A DNA stretch of 64,000 bases, taken from NCBI GenBank assembly GCA_937899395.1, contig CALBPU010000181.1, forward strand, positions 4,297-68,296. The letters are read 5' to 3'. This document shows, one piece after another, positions 39,150 to 49,200 of the stretch. Every line of letters begins with the position of its first letter. Position 1 is the first letter of the stretch. This stretch comes from an uncultured Fretibacterium sp. (lineage in GTDB: Bacteria; Synergistota; Synergistia; Synergistales; Aminobacteriaceae). The position numbers were made by a program, and so were the translations under genes. Below the pieces are notes generated by a model, which was not told the DNA's origin, made no database searches, and saw nothing but the letters and a program-made list of their open reading frames with translations.

Positions 39150-39187
39150 GTAATACATGCAAACAAAGTGAAAGGAGAGAATATAAA

Positions 39188-40633
39188 TTGTTTGCTCAGT
39201 TAGTTGAATACCTTAATAACGGTTCCGCTGCCAGTGTAGGTGTTTTGACGGTAGCAATAATGTTACTGTGTGGTTTTGCTCTTACAAGGGTTACGAGGTT
39301 GTTAAAACTTCCGAATGTTACGGCTTATATTGTAACGGGAATATTAATCGGGCCGTATTGTTTGAATTTGGTACCCGGTTCAATATCTGAGAGCACGGCA
39401 TTTTTACCCAATATAGCATTGTCGTTTATAGCTTTCAGCACGGGACAATTTTTCAGACTTAACGCTTTGAAGGGCAACGGCATAAAAGTTTTAATAATAA
39501 CGGTGTTTGAGGCGTGCGTGGCTTCAATATTCGTTTTCATTGCGGCATATTTTGTGTTGAGAATGGATTTAGCTTTCTCGACGGTTTTGGCGGCGTTAGC
39601 TTCTGCGACAGCTCCTGCTTCAACAATGATGACGATACGACAAACAGGTGCACACGGAGATTTTGTTAATACTTTGCTTCAGGTTGTTGCACTTGATGAT
39701 GTCGTAGGATTGTTGGCATACAGCATAGCGATTTCGATAGCTTTAGCTTCATCGGTATCAGGTTCGGGAGGCGGAATTGATTTCAACCATGTAATACTTC
39801 CTATATTAATTAACCTCGTGAGCGTAATTATCGGAGCGTTATTAGGAGTTCTGATGAAAATTTTAATTCCTCCGAAACGTTCAACTGATAACAGATTAAT
39901 AATTTCTGTGGCGATTTTGTTCGGATTTTGCGGAATATGTGAAGCGTTGGGAGTATCGCCGTTATTAGGCTGCATGTTTATGTCGACGGTATATATAAAT
40001 ATAACTGACGATGATAAATTATTCATGCAGTTAAATTATTTCAGTCCTCCGATATTATTATTATTTTTCGTGAGATCCGGAGTATGTTTTGAGCTTGGAG
40101 CATTAACGAGCGGTTCAAACGCTGGCGGAACATCGTTATTAATGTTGGGTATCGTATATTTTCTCGTGAGGATAGCGGGAAAATATACAGGGGCGTTTTT
40201 CGGTTGTTTAGTTACGGGCAAAAATAAACTCGTGCGAAATAATTTAGGCTTGGCATTAATCCCTCAGGCAGGAGTTGCGATAGGTCTTGCGGAACTCGGA
40301 GCAAGGACTTTAGGCGGCGAAATGGGAAGCGCATTAAGGACGGTTATATTGGCATCAAGCGTTTTATATGAATTAATCGGCCCTGCGTGTGCAAAATTAT
40401 CGTTATCGCTTTCACATTCGTATGACAAAAACGCTCAGGAAGAAAAACATTTAACGCCTCAAGAAGAGGACAAGTTAATCGTAAATTTTTTAATCGAACG
40501 TATACGTGAAATTCAAAAGGAACTTCCAGAACATACTCAGCCTGTTCCTGTAGAAGTCCCGAACGGCAGTTTTCAGGGAATGCACACGATGGCTCATCAC
40601 CTTCATTCAAATAATACAAATTATCATCAATAG
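39188..40633 (+). CDS. Cation:proton antiporter (CPA-type, Kef/NapA-like membrane domain) with His-rich C-terminal tail
   Basis: 481 aa with about 12 TM segments. The N-terminal pattern LP.VTAYIVTGILIGPY is typical of the Na_H_Exchanger family. GGAG RBS lies 10 nt before the TTG start. There is no KTN/RCK domain. Confidence 0.8.
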   Translation: MFAQLVEYLNNGSAASVGVLTVAIMLLCGFALTRVTRLLKLPNVTAYIVTGILIGPYCLNLVPGSISESTAFLPNIALSFIAFSTGQFFRLNALKGNGIKVLIITVFEACVASIFVFIAAYFVLRMDLAFSTVLAALASATAPASTMMTIRQTGAHGDFVNTLLQVVALDDVVGLLAYSIAISIALASSVSGSGGGIDFNHVILPILINLVSVIIGALLGVLMKILIPPKRSTDNRLIISVAILFGFCGICEALGVSPLLGCMFMSTVYINITDDDKLFMQLNYFSPPILLLFFVRSGVCFELGALTSGSNAGGTSLLMLGIVYFLVRIAGKYTGAFFGCLVTGKNKLVRNNLGLALIPQAGVAIGLAELGARTLGGEMGSALRTVILASSVLYELIGPACAKLSLSLSHSYDKNAQEEKHLTPQEEDKLIVNFLIERIREIQKELPEHTQPVPVEVPNGSFQGMHTMAHHLHSNNTNYHQ

Positions 40634-40642
40634 AGATTAAAT

Positions 40643-40675
40643 ACCCGTTAAAAATTTTTTGACGGGTTTTTTTTT
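40643..40675 (+). terminator. Intrinsic terminator after the antiporter gene
   Basis: ACCCGT (40643-40648) pairs with ACGGGT (40662-40667), followed by a T9 run. Confidence 0.7.
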
Positions 40676-40705
40676 GCTTAAATATTTATTTTTAATGTTA
40701 AAATC

Positions 40706-40713
40706 TCCGATAA
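40706..40713 (+). promoter_or_regulatory. Sigma-28 (FliA)-like -10 element TCCGATAA upstream of fliD
   Basis: It matches 7 of 8 positions of the GCCGATAA consensus, 42 nt before the ATG. No TAAA lies at the expected 15-nt spacing, so this is a partial match only. Confidence 0.3.
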
Positions 40714-40754
40714 AACTTACAGGATAGTCTAACAGAACAGGAGGTTAAATTTTC

Positions 40755-43700
40755 ATGGCTACAATGAGTGTATCGGGCGTAGTGTCCGGTATGGATTGGG
40801 AAGGAATGATTGACAGCGTTATAGAGTCAGCTTCAAATGCTGCTTACGTTCAAGTCAACAAGAAAACCAATCTTACGAATAAAAAAACGTTGTTTGAAGA
40901 AATGAAAGTTTCAATGCAGACGATTCAATCATCGCTCTCAACTTTGAAACTTCCTTCGACATATAAAGCCAAAGAAATTGATATTGAAAGAATAGACACG
41001 AACGGTTCATATAAAGGGGTATTAACTGCAACGGTTAATGCAGATGCTGAAGTGAACGTTCACGAACTTGAAGTCAAACAGTTAGCTACTGCGCAAACGA
41101 ACAGGTCTAAACAAATTACATCATCAACTCTCAAAAGCACGTTAGGAGGTTTAGACAGCTCGAAATTTTATATTAACGCAGGAGGCCAGCAGGTAGGAAT
41201 TGATGTTTATGCAACAGATTCTCTTGACTCTTTGAAATCGAGAATTAATACCACGTTAAAATCTCTCAACACTCCTTTAGCTGTATCTGCTTCAGTAGTT
41301 GACAGCAAGTTAATATTAAAAAGCGATTACACAGGACTTGGTAAAACAACCGTAGAAGGAACTCTCAAGGATAAATATACAACGACAGGCTGTACAAGTT
41401 TAGCAACTCTCATAACTAACACTGATGCAGGAACTACAACGAATATTGTCGTAAGCGATGATTATTTAGATGAACTGAAAGTTACGAGCGGCTCATCAAG
41501 CTACACAATTCATAAAGATTATGAGGTTGTTAATAACGAAATACGCTGGAAACAATACGAGGATACTAACGCCGTGAAACTTGGTGATAGTGTCAGTGCT
41601 GTTTACACTATGGGAGCAGACGATGTTATTGAGGTGAAAGCGACACGTGGTTCGGGCGATTCAGACAGTGTTGATTTTGGTTTTGATGTTAAGGATTACG
41701 GTACGTTAGGAAATCGAATGAAAATTAAATCCGTTCAAACTAAAACTGAAACAGAAGTTATAGATGATTCGCTTTTGCAGGAACCTACCGAAGCTGAATT
41801 AGCCTCTGAAACAGGAATTGATGAAGACGGGAACGAATATGTTGATACATTCAGCTACACAGAGGTTAAAGGTGAAACTGAAGACGATGATTCAACATAT
41901 ATTTTGAGCCGAACAAGAACGACAACAATAAACAGTTATTATACTTACGGAACGGATTTTACGTATTCGGACGGAAAAATTAACTGGATTACAAAGCCCG
42001 ATAAAACAACAAACGAACCTTCGTCTTATACTGTGAGTTATACGAAAGATAATTCGGTGGATTTCAACGTATCAGCCACAAAAACAAAAGAATTTGAGCA
42101 GCCTACAAGTTACACTGTAAGTTACCAGAAAGAGAATTACGTTGTTTCAACAAGGGAAATTCCTAATAATGGTACCAATAATCCAAGCGTATATTCAGGT
42201 TGGTTCGGAGGATATACATTCGACACTCTTGCAAATGAACTTAGTGAAATTGGTATAGGTACTGTTACCGCTGATGACGGATATGCATATCTTGATTTAT
42301 ACGGGACTAATGAAATCTCTGTAAAAGTTGGAGATACTGAATATGTTTATGGTCAAGATTATGTTATAAGATCCAGTTCAAACGGAAGTATCGTTGTAGA
42401 TTTTACAAAAGGAGACGATCCAACAAGCGGCGGTGTGGGGCAATACAGAACCAAAAAAGGTATAACCCCTGTTGCAACTGGTAACGATATTCCTTCGTCA
42501 TTTACGTTAGTTCGTAATCGCACATATCTTTATAAGACCGATACGGACGAAGATTCAGTTTACTCGAATATTTTGAGCATGGCCGACGGAGATTATTCCG
42601 GAATTACTATAAAAGATTCAGACAATAATACTTATTATTACACGTCAGATTCTACACAGTTAGACAATGAACATTTTATGATTGATGCACATGGGAGTAT
42701 TGTTTGGGCTGAAGAAGCAGCGGCCGATGATGAAATAAACATTGACGATCTTTTCACTCACTACAAAGAAATTACAGGCTCTGAACTTGGTACAGTAACT
42801 CTCACAGGAACAGACGGTATCATAAGGACGTACATTGACCCAGATGATGATTACAGAGACGCTTTCACAATAACTTCCGATAACGGTAAAACTTACGAAT
42901 ACGGACGTGATTTTGTCATAAGGGTAAATGATAATGGACAAGGTTATGTTGTTTCGTGGCTTGTATCAGGAGACAGGAATAAAGACGGAAAATATACTAC
43001 TCAAGATACTAACGTCGCCGTCTCAGCTTATACACAGCATAAAAACATCAGTACTCTTGGATTTCAAGTTGCGCCCGATGCTGAAACATATCCGAATTAC
43101 AAGTTCAATTTTGAGTATGAAAAACTTGATACAACAACTAAAACAGTATCATCATCAGCTACTGATAAAACACTTGAAACAATATTGGGTTATGAACTTT
43201 CAGAGGACGAGTACGAAGATCTTGTAATCAAAAACGGTTCAACAACTTATGAATACGGCTATGATTTCACGATTGAAACAGACGATGACGGCAACGCTTA
43301 TATAAGCTGGATTGATACAACTCCGAAGAAACCTTCTGAAGATGTTACGTTCAAAATAAGTTATTATACTGGTGATACCTACAAGTCAAAAAATATTGCT
43401 CCTACATCAAGTTCCACTACAACTAACCTTGTAGAAATTGTTATTGATGATGGCGATAAAATGTCTTGGAATGATATTCAGAACGTTACAAGTGCTGATG
43501 ACTTTGATCCTTCAGATATTTATGTCATTGACAATAACGGAAAAAGGTTTGAATATGGTACGCATTTCACGTTCGCCGTAACTGGTAATCAAAACTCAAA
43601 AAACGATGCTGGAGAACTTTTGCCAAGAATTACTTGGAATACATCAAATGTAAGTGCAAGCGACCTTACAACACCGTATAACGTTTATTACAAAACAGGG

Positions 43701-46157
43701 CTTAACATGTCTTCCGAAGACCTTGAGATAGAATATGATGATGATTATTCTGTATTCTCAGATCTATTCTGGGATCTTGATGATGATGAAATACCTTCGA
43801 GCTTCAGCAAAGATACAATCTCTATTACCGACAGCGAAGGCACAAAATATTATTACGGCAGAGATTTCAAAATCAACACCGACGGAACGATTAAATGGCT
43901 CGACTCAATCCCGACAGGCCCTGATGAAAAATCCGAATATATTATCACTTATGAAAGCTTCGACGCTCTCTCAACAACGTCAACTTTTGATTCAAGCAAT
44001 CCTAATTCAACTGTAAAAATTCAAGTTGACAATTACGGAAATTATTCAGACAGCACAGGCACTTATTTGAGTTATGAACAAATGCTCTCAAGCATGGGAC
44101 TTACAACAAGCTCTGCAAGCAATATAATCGACTCTTCATTCAAGAAAGCTAATCTGTTCACTATCACAGATGAAAATGATAATGAATATACTTACGGCAC
44201 TGATTTCGTAATTAGAATGAGCGATGATTATGTTGACGGTGTAACGGGAGAACATTTGGCTGTTATTGAATGGCTGGACGATGACGATTCAAACTCACCT
44301 GCAAACGGCTTGAATTTTACTCTCACTTACGGTTCTGACGGCGGAGAAGAATTTTCAATGGACGAAGCAATTACTCGTTCAAATTCTGATGTAATTGTTT
44401 CAGGTGTCAGCGGCACTCCTGTTTATTCTGAATTTGAGAGCGGAACTGTTACGATTAATCAGGCCGGAAGAACTTATTATCAGGGCTATGATTTTGATGT
44501 CGGAACTAATGACAACGGCGAAACTGTTATCAACTGGAAAACAGGCACCGATTACGAATGGTATTTACCAAATTCAGGCCAATATTCCCGCTACACTGTA
44601 AATCTTGTAACTTCTGACGGAACTGAAAAAACTTATTCAGGTGTTAGAAATTACGAGGACACTTTAGACATGAGAGATTACGGCTTCACTAACGTAGACG
44701 GCAGTTTGACTTCAATTAAGTACGGCGGTAAAACTTACGACTTAACAAGCACAACAGTTGATGAAGACGGTAAAACAGATACTGATTACGCTGCTGAACG
44801 TAACGGAATTACCGTTAATAACGGTACTAACGGAGGCGTAAAAGTTTTCAATTTCGATTGGACAGTACCGAATTTAACATCTCGTGAAGGCTTGCCTACT
44901 TACGGTTCTGACGTTGAAATTGAATATGATTATTGCGCTAATACTTTCTCTTTATCTGATGAAGGAGACGGGATTATTGATTTACTCGGACTTGAAGACG
45001 ATGTTACACAAGCTCTTAATGCTGTTATTGAACTTAACGGCGTTGAAATTGAAAAGGACTTGAACGACATCGGCTCATCTTACGAGAACGAAATTTCAAA
45101 TCTCAAGGGCGTAACTCTTCACTTAAAAGGAACTGGAAAAGTATCGCTTGATATTTCACATGACGCTGAAAAAGCTGTAACGTCGATTCAGACATTCGTT
45201 GAAAATTATAATTCTTTAATGACTTGGATTAATACACGAATGACTGAAAGCCAAGTTGATGATGATACGGCAGCTACGATTGATTCTGATGATTTCAGAA
45301 TGAGATGGGGACTTTTACACGGAAACTCACTGCTTAGAAACGCTAAAAGCAGCATGAGAGATATTACCGCAAGAAATTACACTTTCTCATTCACAGAACG
45401 AAAAAGTTCAACAGAAATTTACGGGCCTATGTCTTTTAACGGACTTAAGAATGATTCGACATTGAGGCTTCGAGTAGGTTCTGTATATGCTGACGTTATA
45501 ATTTCACCGACTGATACATTGCAAGACATCGTTGACAAAATTAACGACTCTTCAAATTCCGCAATGAGAAATATTTTTTACGGTTCGGACGGGAAATTAT
45601 TGGATCAACCGTTACTCAAAGCAAGTATCAGTTCGGATAAATTAGTTATCAAATCAACATCAGAAGATGAAATTACTATTTCAGGTTCTGCTGCATTAAA
45701 TGCCCTCAAAATGAATTACACTTACAAGGGCGTTTATCAGCTTGGAATTGCGACAACTTCCGACGATTACGGCAAGAGCGGAGAACTTGAATTTGACGAA
45801 GAAAAATTCATGGAAGCTCTTGAAGATAATCCCGATGAAGTACAGGAATTAATGTTGAAATATACCGCTGAAATGGATACATGGTTGAAATCAATGTTGA
45901 CGACTTCGGCATCAGGTGAAACTTCAGGAACTTTAACGAGGCAGATTGAAGATTTAGAATCTCAAATTAACGACATTAACGATTACCTTGAAGATTATCA
46001 GGACAGACTCGATCGAATGGAGGAAAATTTGAGGACTAAATACGCTGCCGCAGAACAAAATATTTCAAAGTTATCCCAGCAGGCAAGCGCAATCGCAGCA
46101 ATCTTACAACAGTTAAGCGGAAATAACTCTAATAATTCCTCAAGTTCATCAAGCTAG
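40755..46157 (+). CDS. fliD: Giant flagellar filament cap protein homologue (FliD/HAP2) with an internal insertion of about 1200 aa
   Basis: GGAGG RBS. The N-terminus MSVSGVVSGMDWEGMIDSVIESASNAAYVQVNKKTNLTNKKTLFEEMKVSMQTIQSSLSTL is FliD_N-like. The C-terminal 400 aa or so (VIELNGVEIEKDLNDIG..ISNLKGVTLHLKGTGKVSLDISHDAEKAVTSIQTFVENYNSLMTWIN ... GELEFDEEKFMEALEDNPDEVQELM ... LTRQIEDLESQINDINDYLEDYQDRLDRMEENLRTKYAAAEQNISKL) is FliD_C-like. Confidence 0.8.
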   Translation: MATMSVSGVVSGMDWEGMIDSVIESASNAAYVQVNKKTNLTNKKTLFEEMKVSMQTIQSSLSTLKLPSTYKAKEIDIERIDTNGSYKGVLTATVNADAEVNVHELEVKQLATAQTNRSKQITSSTLKSTLGGLDSSKFYINAGGQQVGIDVYATDSLDSLKSRINTTLKSLNTPLAVSASVVDSKLILKSDYTGLGKTTVEGTLKDKYTTTGCTSLATLITNTDAGTTTNIVVSDDYLDELKVTSGSSSYTIHKDYEVVNNEIRWKQYEDTNAVKLGDSVSAVYTMGADDVIEVKATRGSGDSDSVDFGFDVKDYGTLGNRMKIKSVQTKTETEVIDDSLLQEPTEAELASETGIDEDGNEYVDTFSYTEVKGETEDDDSTYILSRTRTTTINSYYTYGTDFTYSDGKINWITKPDKTTNEPSSYTVSYTKDNSVDFNVSATKTKEFEQPTSYTVSYQKENYVVSTREIPNNGTNNPSVYSGWFGGYTFDTLANELSEIGIGTVTADDGYAYLDLYGTNEISVKVGDTEYVYGQDYVIRSSSNGSIVVDFTKGDDPTSGGVGQYRTKKGITPVATGNDIPSSFTLVRNRTYLYKTDTDEDSVYSNILSMADGDYSGITIKDSDNNTYYYTSDSTQLDNEHFMIDAHGSIVWAEEAAADDEINIDDLFTHYKEITGSELGTVTLTGTDGIIRTYIDPDDDYRDAFTITSDNGKTYEYGRDFVIRVNDNGQGYVVSWLVSGDRNKDGKYTTQDTNVAVSAYTQHKNISTLGFQVAPDAETYPNYKFNFEYEKLDTTTKTVSSSATDKTLETILGYELSEDEYEDLVIKNGSTTYEYGYDFTIETDDDGNAYISWIDTTPKKPSEDVTFKISYYTGDTYKSKNIAPTSSSTTTNLVEIVIDDGDKMSWNDIQNVTSADDFDPSDIYVIDNNGKRFEYGTHFTFAVTGNQNSKNDAGELLPRITWNTSNVSASDLTTPYNVYYKTGLNMSSEDLEIEYDDDYSVFSDLFWDLDDDEIPSSFSKDTISITDSEGTKYYYGRDFKINTDGTIKWLDSIPTGPDEKSEYIITYESFDALSTTSTFDSSNPNSTVKIQVDNYGNYSDSTGTYLSYEQMLSSMGLTTSSASNIIDSSFKKANLFTITDENDNEYTYGTDFVIRMSDDYVDGVTGEHLAVIEWLDDDDSNSPANGLNFTLTYGSDGGEEFSMDEAITRSNSDVIVSGVSGTPVYSEFESGTVTINQAGRTYYQGYDFDVGTNDNGETVINWKTGTDYEWYLPNSGQYSRYTVNLVTSDGTEKTYSGVRNYEDTLDMRDYGFTNVDGSLTSIKYGGKTYDLTSTTVDEDGKTDTDYAAERNGITVNNGTNGGVKVFNFDWTVPNLTSREGLPTYGSDVEIEYDYCANTFSLSDEGDGIIDLLGLEDDVTQALNAVIELNGVEIEKDLNDIGSSYENEISNLKGVTLHLKGTGKVSLDISHDAEKAVTSIQTFVENYNSLMTWINTRMTESQVDDDTAATIDSDDFRMRWGLLHGNSLLRNAKSSMRDITARNYTFSFTERKSSTEIYGPMSFNGLKNDSTLRLRVGSVYADVIISPTDTLQDIVDKINDSSNSAMRNIFYGSDGKLLDQPLLKASISSDKLVIKSTSEDEITISGSAALNALKMNYTYKGVYQLGIATTSDDYGKSGELEFDEEKFMEALEDNPDEVQELMLKYTAEMDTWLKSMLTTSASGETSGTLTRQIEDLESQINDINDYLEDYQDRLDRMEENLRTKYAAAEQNISKLSQQASAIAAILQQLSGNNSNNSSSSSS
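41494..44540 (+). repeat. At least nine divergent protein-level repeats (100-180 aa spacing) with core motif Y-x-Y-G-x-D-F/Y-x-I ... I-x-W inside fliD
   Basis: Motif copies start near 41494 (YTIHKDYEVVNNEIRW), 41934 (YYTYGTDFTYSDGKINW), 42334 (EYVYGQDYVIRSSSNGSIVVDF), 42886 (TYEYGRDFVIRVNDNGQGYVVSW), 43238 (TYEYGYDFTIETDDDGNAYISW), 43538 (RFEYGTHFTFAV..RITW), 43838 (KYYYGRDFKINTDGTIKW), 44178 (EYTYGTDFVIRMSDD..AVIEW) and 44464 (TYYQGYDFDVGTNDNGETVINW). Confidence 0.65.
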
Positions 46158-46205
46158 TGAACTTACAAAAATTTTTCGGGAATGTACAGAAATGAAAATA
46201 AAAAA

Positions 46206-46232
46206 GGGGTTAGGAGTTAAAAGCTCCGCCCC
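46206..46232. terminator. Bidirectional intrinsic terminator between fliD and the convergent exoprotein gene
   Basis: GGGGTTAGGAG pairs with CTCCGCCCC, flanked by AAAAAA upstream and TTAAAATTTTT downstream. Confidence 0.6.
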
Positions 46233-46241
46233 TTAAAATTT

Positions 46242-49200
46242 TTAGTGTTTTTTACGAGATATAAGGTAAAACGCAAGACAAAACATTGCGCTGAAGCCCA
46301 ATCCTGAATTACAGCCTGAACCGCTACTGCCAAGCGTACTCTTGTTTTCATCATCAGGGTCTGTTTCAAGCTCGTCATCAATTTCGACATTCAAGTTCTT
46401 AACCCATTCTGCAACACTATCGTTATAGATCGTGTACTCAAATTCAGTCATAGGCTTATAGAGCGGGTAAATATAGTTAGGCTGGTTTGTTTCCTCGCCG
46501 CCGAAAGTATAAGTGCCCGATGCCGTTGTACCATTGGGATCATTGTACGGTTTTCCGAGATATTTCCATGCAACGACTTTGGTTACTGAATGATCTGTTT
46601 CGCCCCATGCTTTGAACTGCCAAGAAAGTAAGCCGGAAATGTGAACGTGCTTATCAATCCATTCATCGCTCTTGCCAGCCTCTTTATAGAGAGCTGTGAG
46701 AACGTTGTAAGTATCTTGAGCTACAGCGGGGTTTGCACCGTCAGTTTCGCCGTTGAACATCCAAGTTGAGACTTCGTTTTCAATCATTGCATTGACTTCT
46801 GCTTCAGTCCACTGTTGGAAGCTGCTGTGTTCCACTGTACCGTCCATTGCTTCCATATCCTCTGTACTGCTAACCATCATTCCGAAGTTGCCGTTGCATT
46901 CAACATAAGCGTTAATTAAGTCAGGACGCTGGCGAACAACATCGGAGGCAATGATCGTTCCTTGAGAGTTACCTACTAATGTGATGTTATCTACATCGGC
47001 ATTCCAGTTTTGCACAGCGTAATCCATAACGCTAGCTATCTCAGCTGCAGCATTTTCTGTGTTGTTGGAGTGAACGTTGACGCTCATGATAATAGCATCA
47101 GGATATTGTCTGTGCCATTCAGTCATCATAACATCGTAAACTGTATTACAGCCGGGGTTGTTGGCATCTGTTTCTCCATCATAGGAACGTCCGTCAGAGC
47201 CTTTGCCGTCGACTACTTCCCAATAGCAAACACCGCCTCCGGTCTGATAATCTACAATAGGATAAGGATTAGCTCGATTGGCATCATAGTTATCTGGCCA
47301 TATAACGAAGACGGGAACGCATTTTTCGGTACCTTGAGCTTCGTTAATAAGGTCATAGCTTTCGGCATCTCTTCCGATGTTGACCATAACAAGCTCGACT
47401 TTATCAAGGTCATCTGTAAGAATGGTCTCTTTCCAAGGAGTATTACTGAGCATCTTGCCAACGCCGTTAGTTGAAGCTATTCCGTCTTTAACGCTTGCAC
47501 CGCCCACACAGAGAACGAGATCCAAGTTCTCTCTGCGCTGCAAACCTTTGTTGAGCTTATTCGGGTAAATTGTAACGCCAAGTGCATCGTTTTTTTCTTC
47601 ACTGCCGTAATGAAGCTTACCTTCCGTGTCAATATACCAAGCAGAGCTGGTGCAGAGTGTTCCGTAAGTTTCGCGTGAACGGTCTGTAACTTTATCTGTA
47701 GTCTGAGAATCAACGGTCAATGTAACCTTATTGCCTTCAACAGAAATATCAGTGATTTTCATAGCGCCAAATTCCGGATTATTGAAACCACGATCGTAGA
47801 CAGCATAGTCCGTAAGCTTCACGCCTGTGAGATCGGTTCCAGACTTGTAAACGATCTCAACTTTTCCAACCTTATAGCCATAGAAGCAGGCTTCAGCGAT
47901 GGCTTGAATACTTTCGATTTCTGAGGCTGAAGGAGCAGAGGATTTACCAAGTGCCCAGTTGATGAAGTTATCGCCGTAAACGATGTACTCATGCCCGTCT
48001 TTCTTTCCCTGATCGCCGCCAGTGGTACGAACGCCACGTGTTACTACTTCATAAGTATCGCCGATAGCCGTTTTCTCGTCGTAAGTGAGAACGCCGTCAA
48101 CAACATCACAATCTGAACCGTAGTAAATACCGCGACCGTTTTTCGCTTCGCCGAAGTACCAATAATTAATTCTAGTGGTTGAGTGATCGCTCTCGCCCCA
48201 ATAGTAGAAAGGTTCTGACGGGAAAGCAGTCAAGCGAAGGTTCTCGGAAATCCAAGCATCGTCCATGCCAGCTTTCTCGTAAGCTGCTGTTTGTTCCTCA
48301 ACGGCATTGATGTTATTGAAATCCTGCTCAGCGTCAAATATCCAAGCACGTAAACCTGTTTTAGCAATAGCTAAACGATCATCAGCAGTCCAGAGAGCAT
48401 AACCGCTAGTAGGGCCACCAAAAAGACCATTGTTGCAAAGGAAGGTGCCAATGGTGAAATTGTAAGTGTCTTTGTCGAGTGTTCTAGTACGCTCGCTGCT
48501 GCCCCATGTCATAGCGTCTTGGTCATTAGTGTAGGGCTGACCTGCAAGAGCTTGAATAATGGTGCTGGCTGCCATAGTGCTTCTAGAATTGCCGTGAATG
48601 ATTATCTTTGCAGGGTCTACGGAGTAGTTATCGATCATGTACTTCATAACTTTTACGTCATCAACAACGTAATCATAGTCCAAATCCTGACAACTCTTAC
48701 CATCTTCATAATAACTTGCGCCGATAGCTGAACGGTCATGAACGTTGACAACAATAGCTTCTTCCCCTAGCCAAGCGGTAGTTGCAGCATCGTACATAAC
48801 GCCAGTTCCGAAGTTGTTTGTGCCATCTTCCAGAATCCAGAATGAAGTGCCGTCTCCGGTAAACGTGAAAACTAAAGGATATTTCTTTGAAGCGTCAAAG
48901 TCTTTGGGTTGATAAAGGAAACCTCGAACATAGTTATCTTTCACAGCTTTTGTCAGTGATGCTCCTGTGCTTTCGATCTGAATACCAAGTTCTTCAAAGG
49001 ATTTCAATGTTCCTCTGCCGTCATCAGTATTGAAGCCTATGTCTTGAGTTTCAAGCCATTTGTTATTTGCAGTGTACTTGCCGTTATTATCAACTAATGA
49101 AAGGTAAGTGCCTTCGGTATCACCTGCATGACGTAAACGTAACTCTAAGCTCTCACGTTTCTGATAGCCACTGAGACGCATTGTACGTAAATTTGCAGGT

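Noticed and set aside
40679-40713. Full sigma-28 promoter (TAAA-N15-GCCGATAA) upstream of fliD
   Set aside because: Only the -10 half matches. The nearest TAAA is 23 nt upstream rather than 15, so I report just a partial match.
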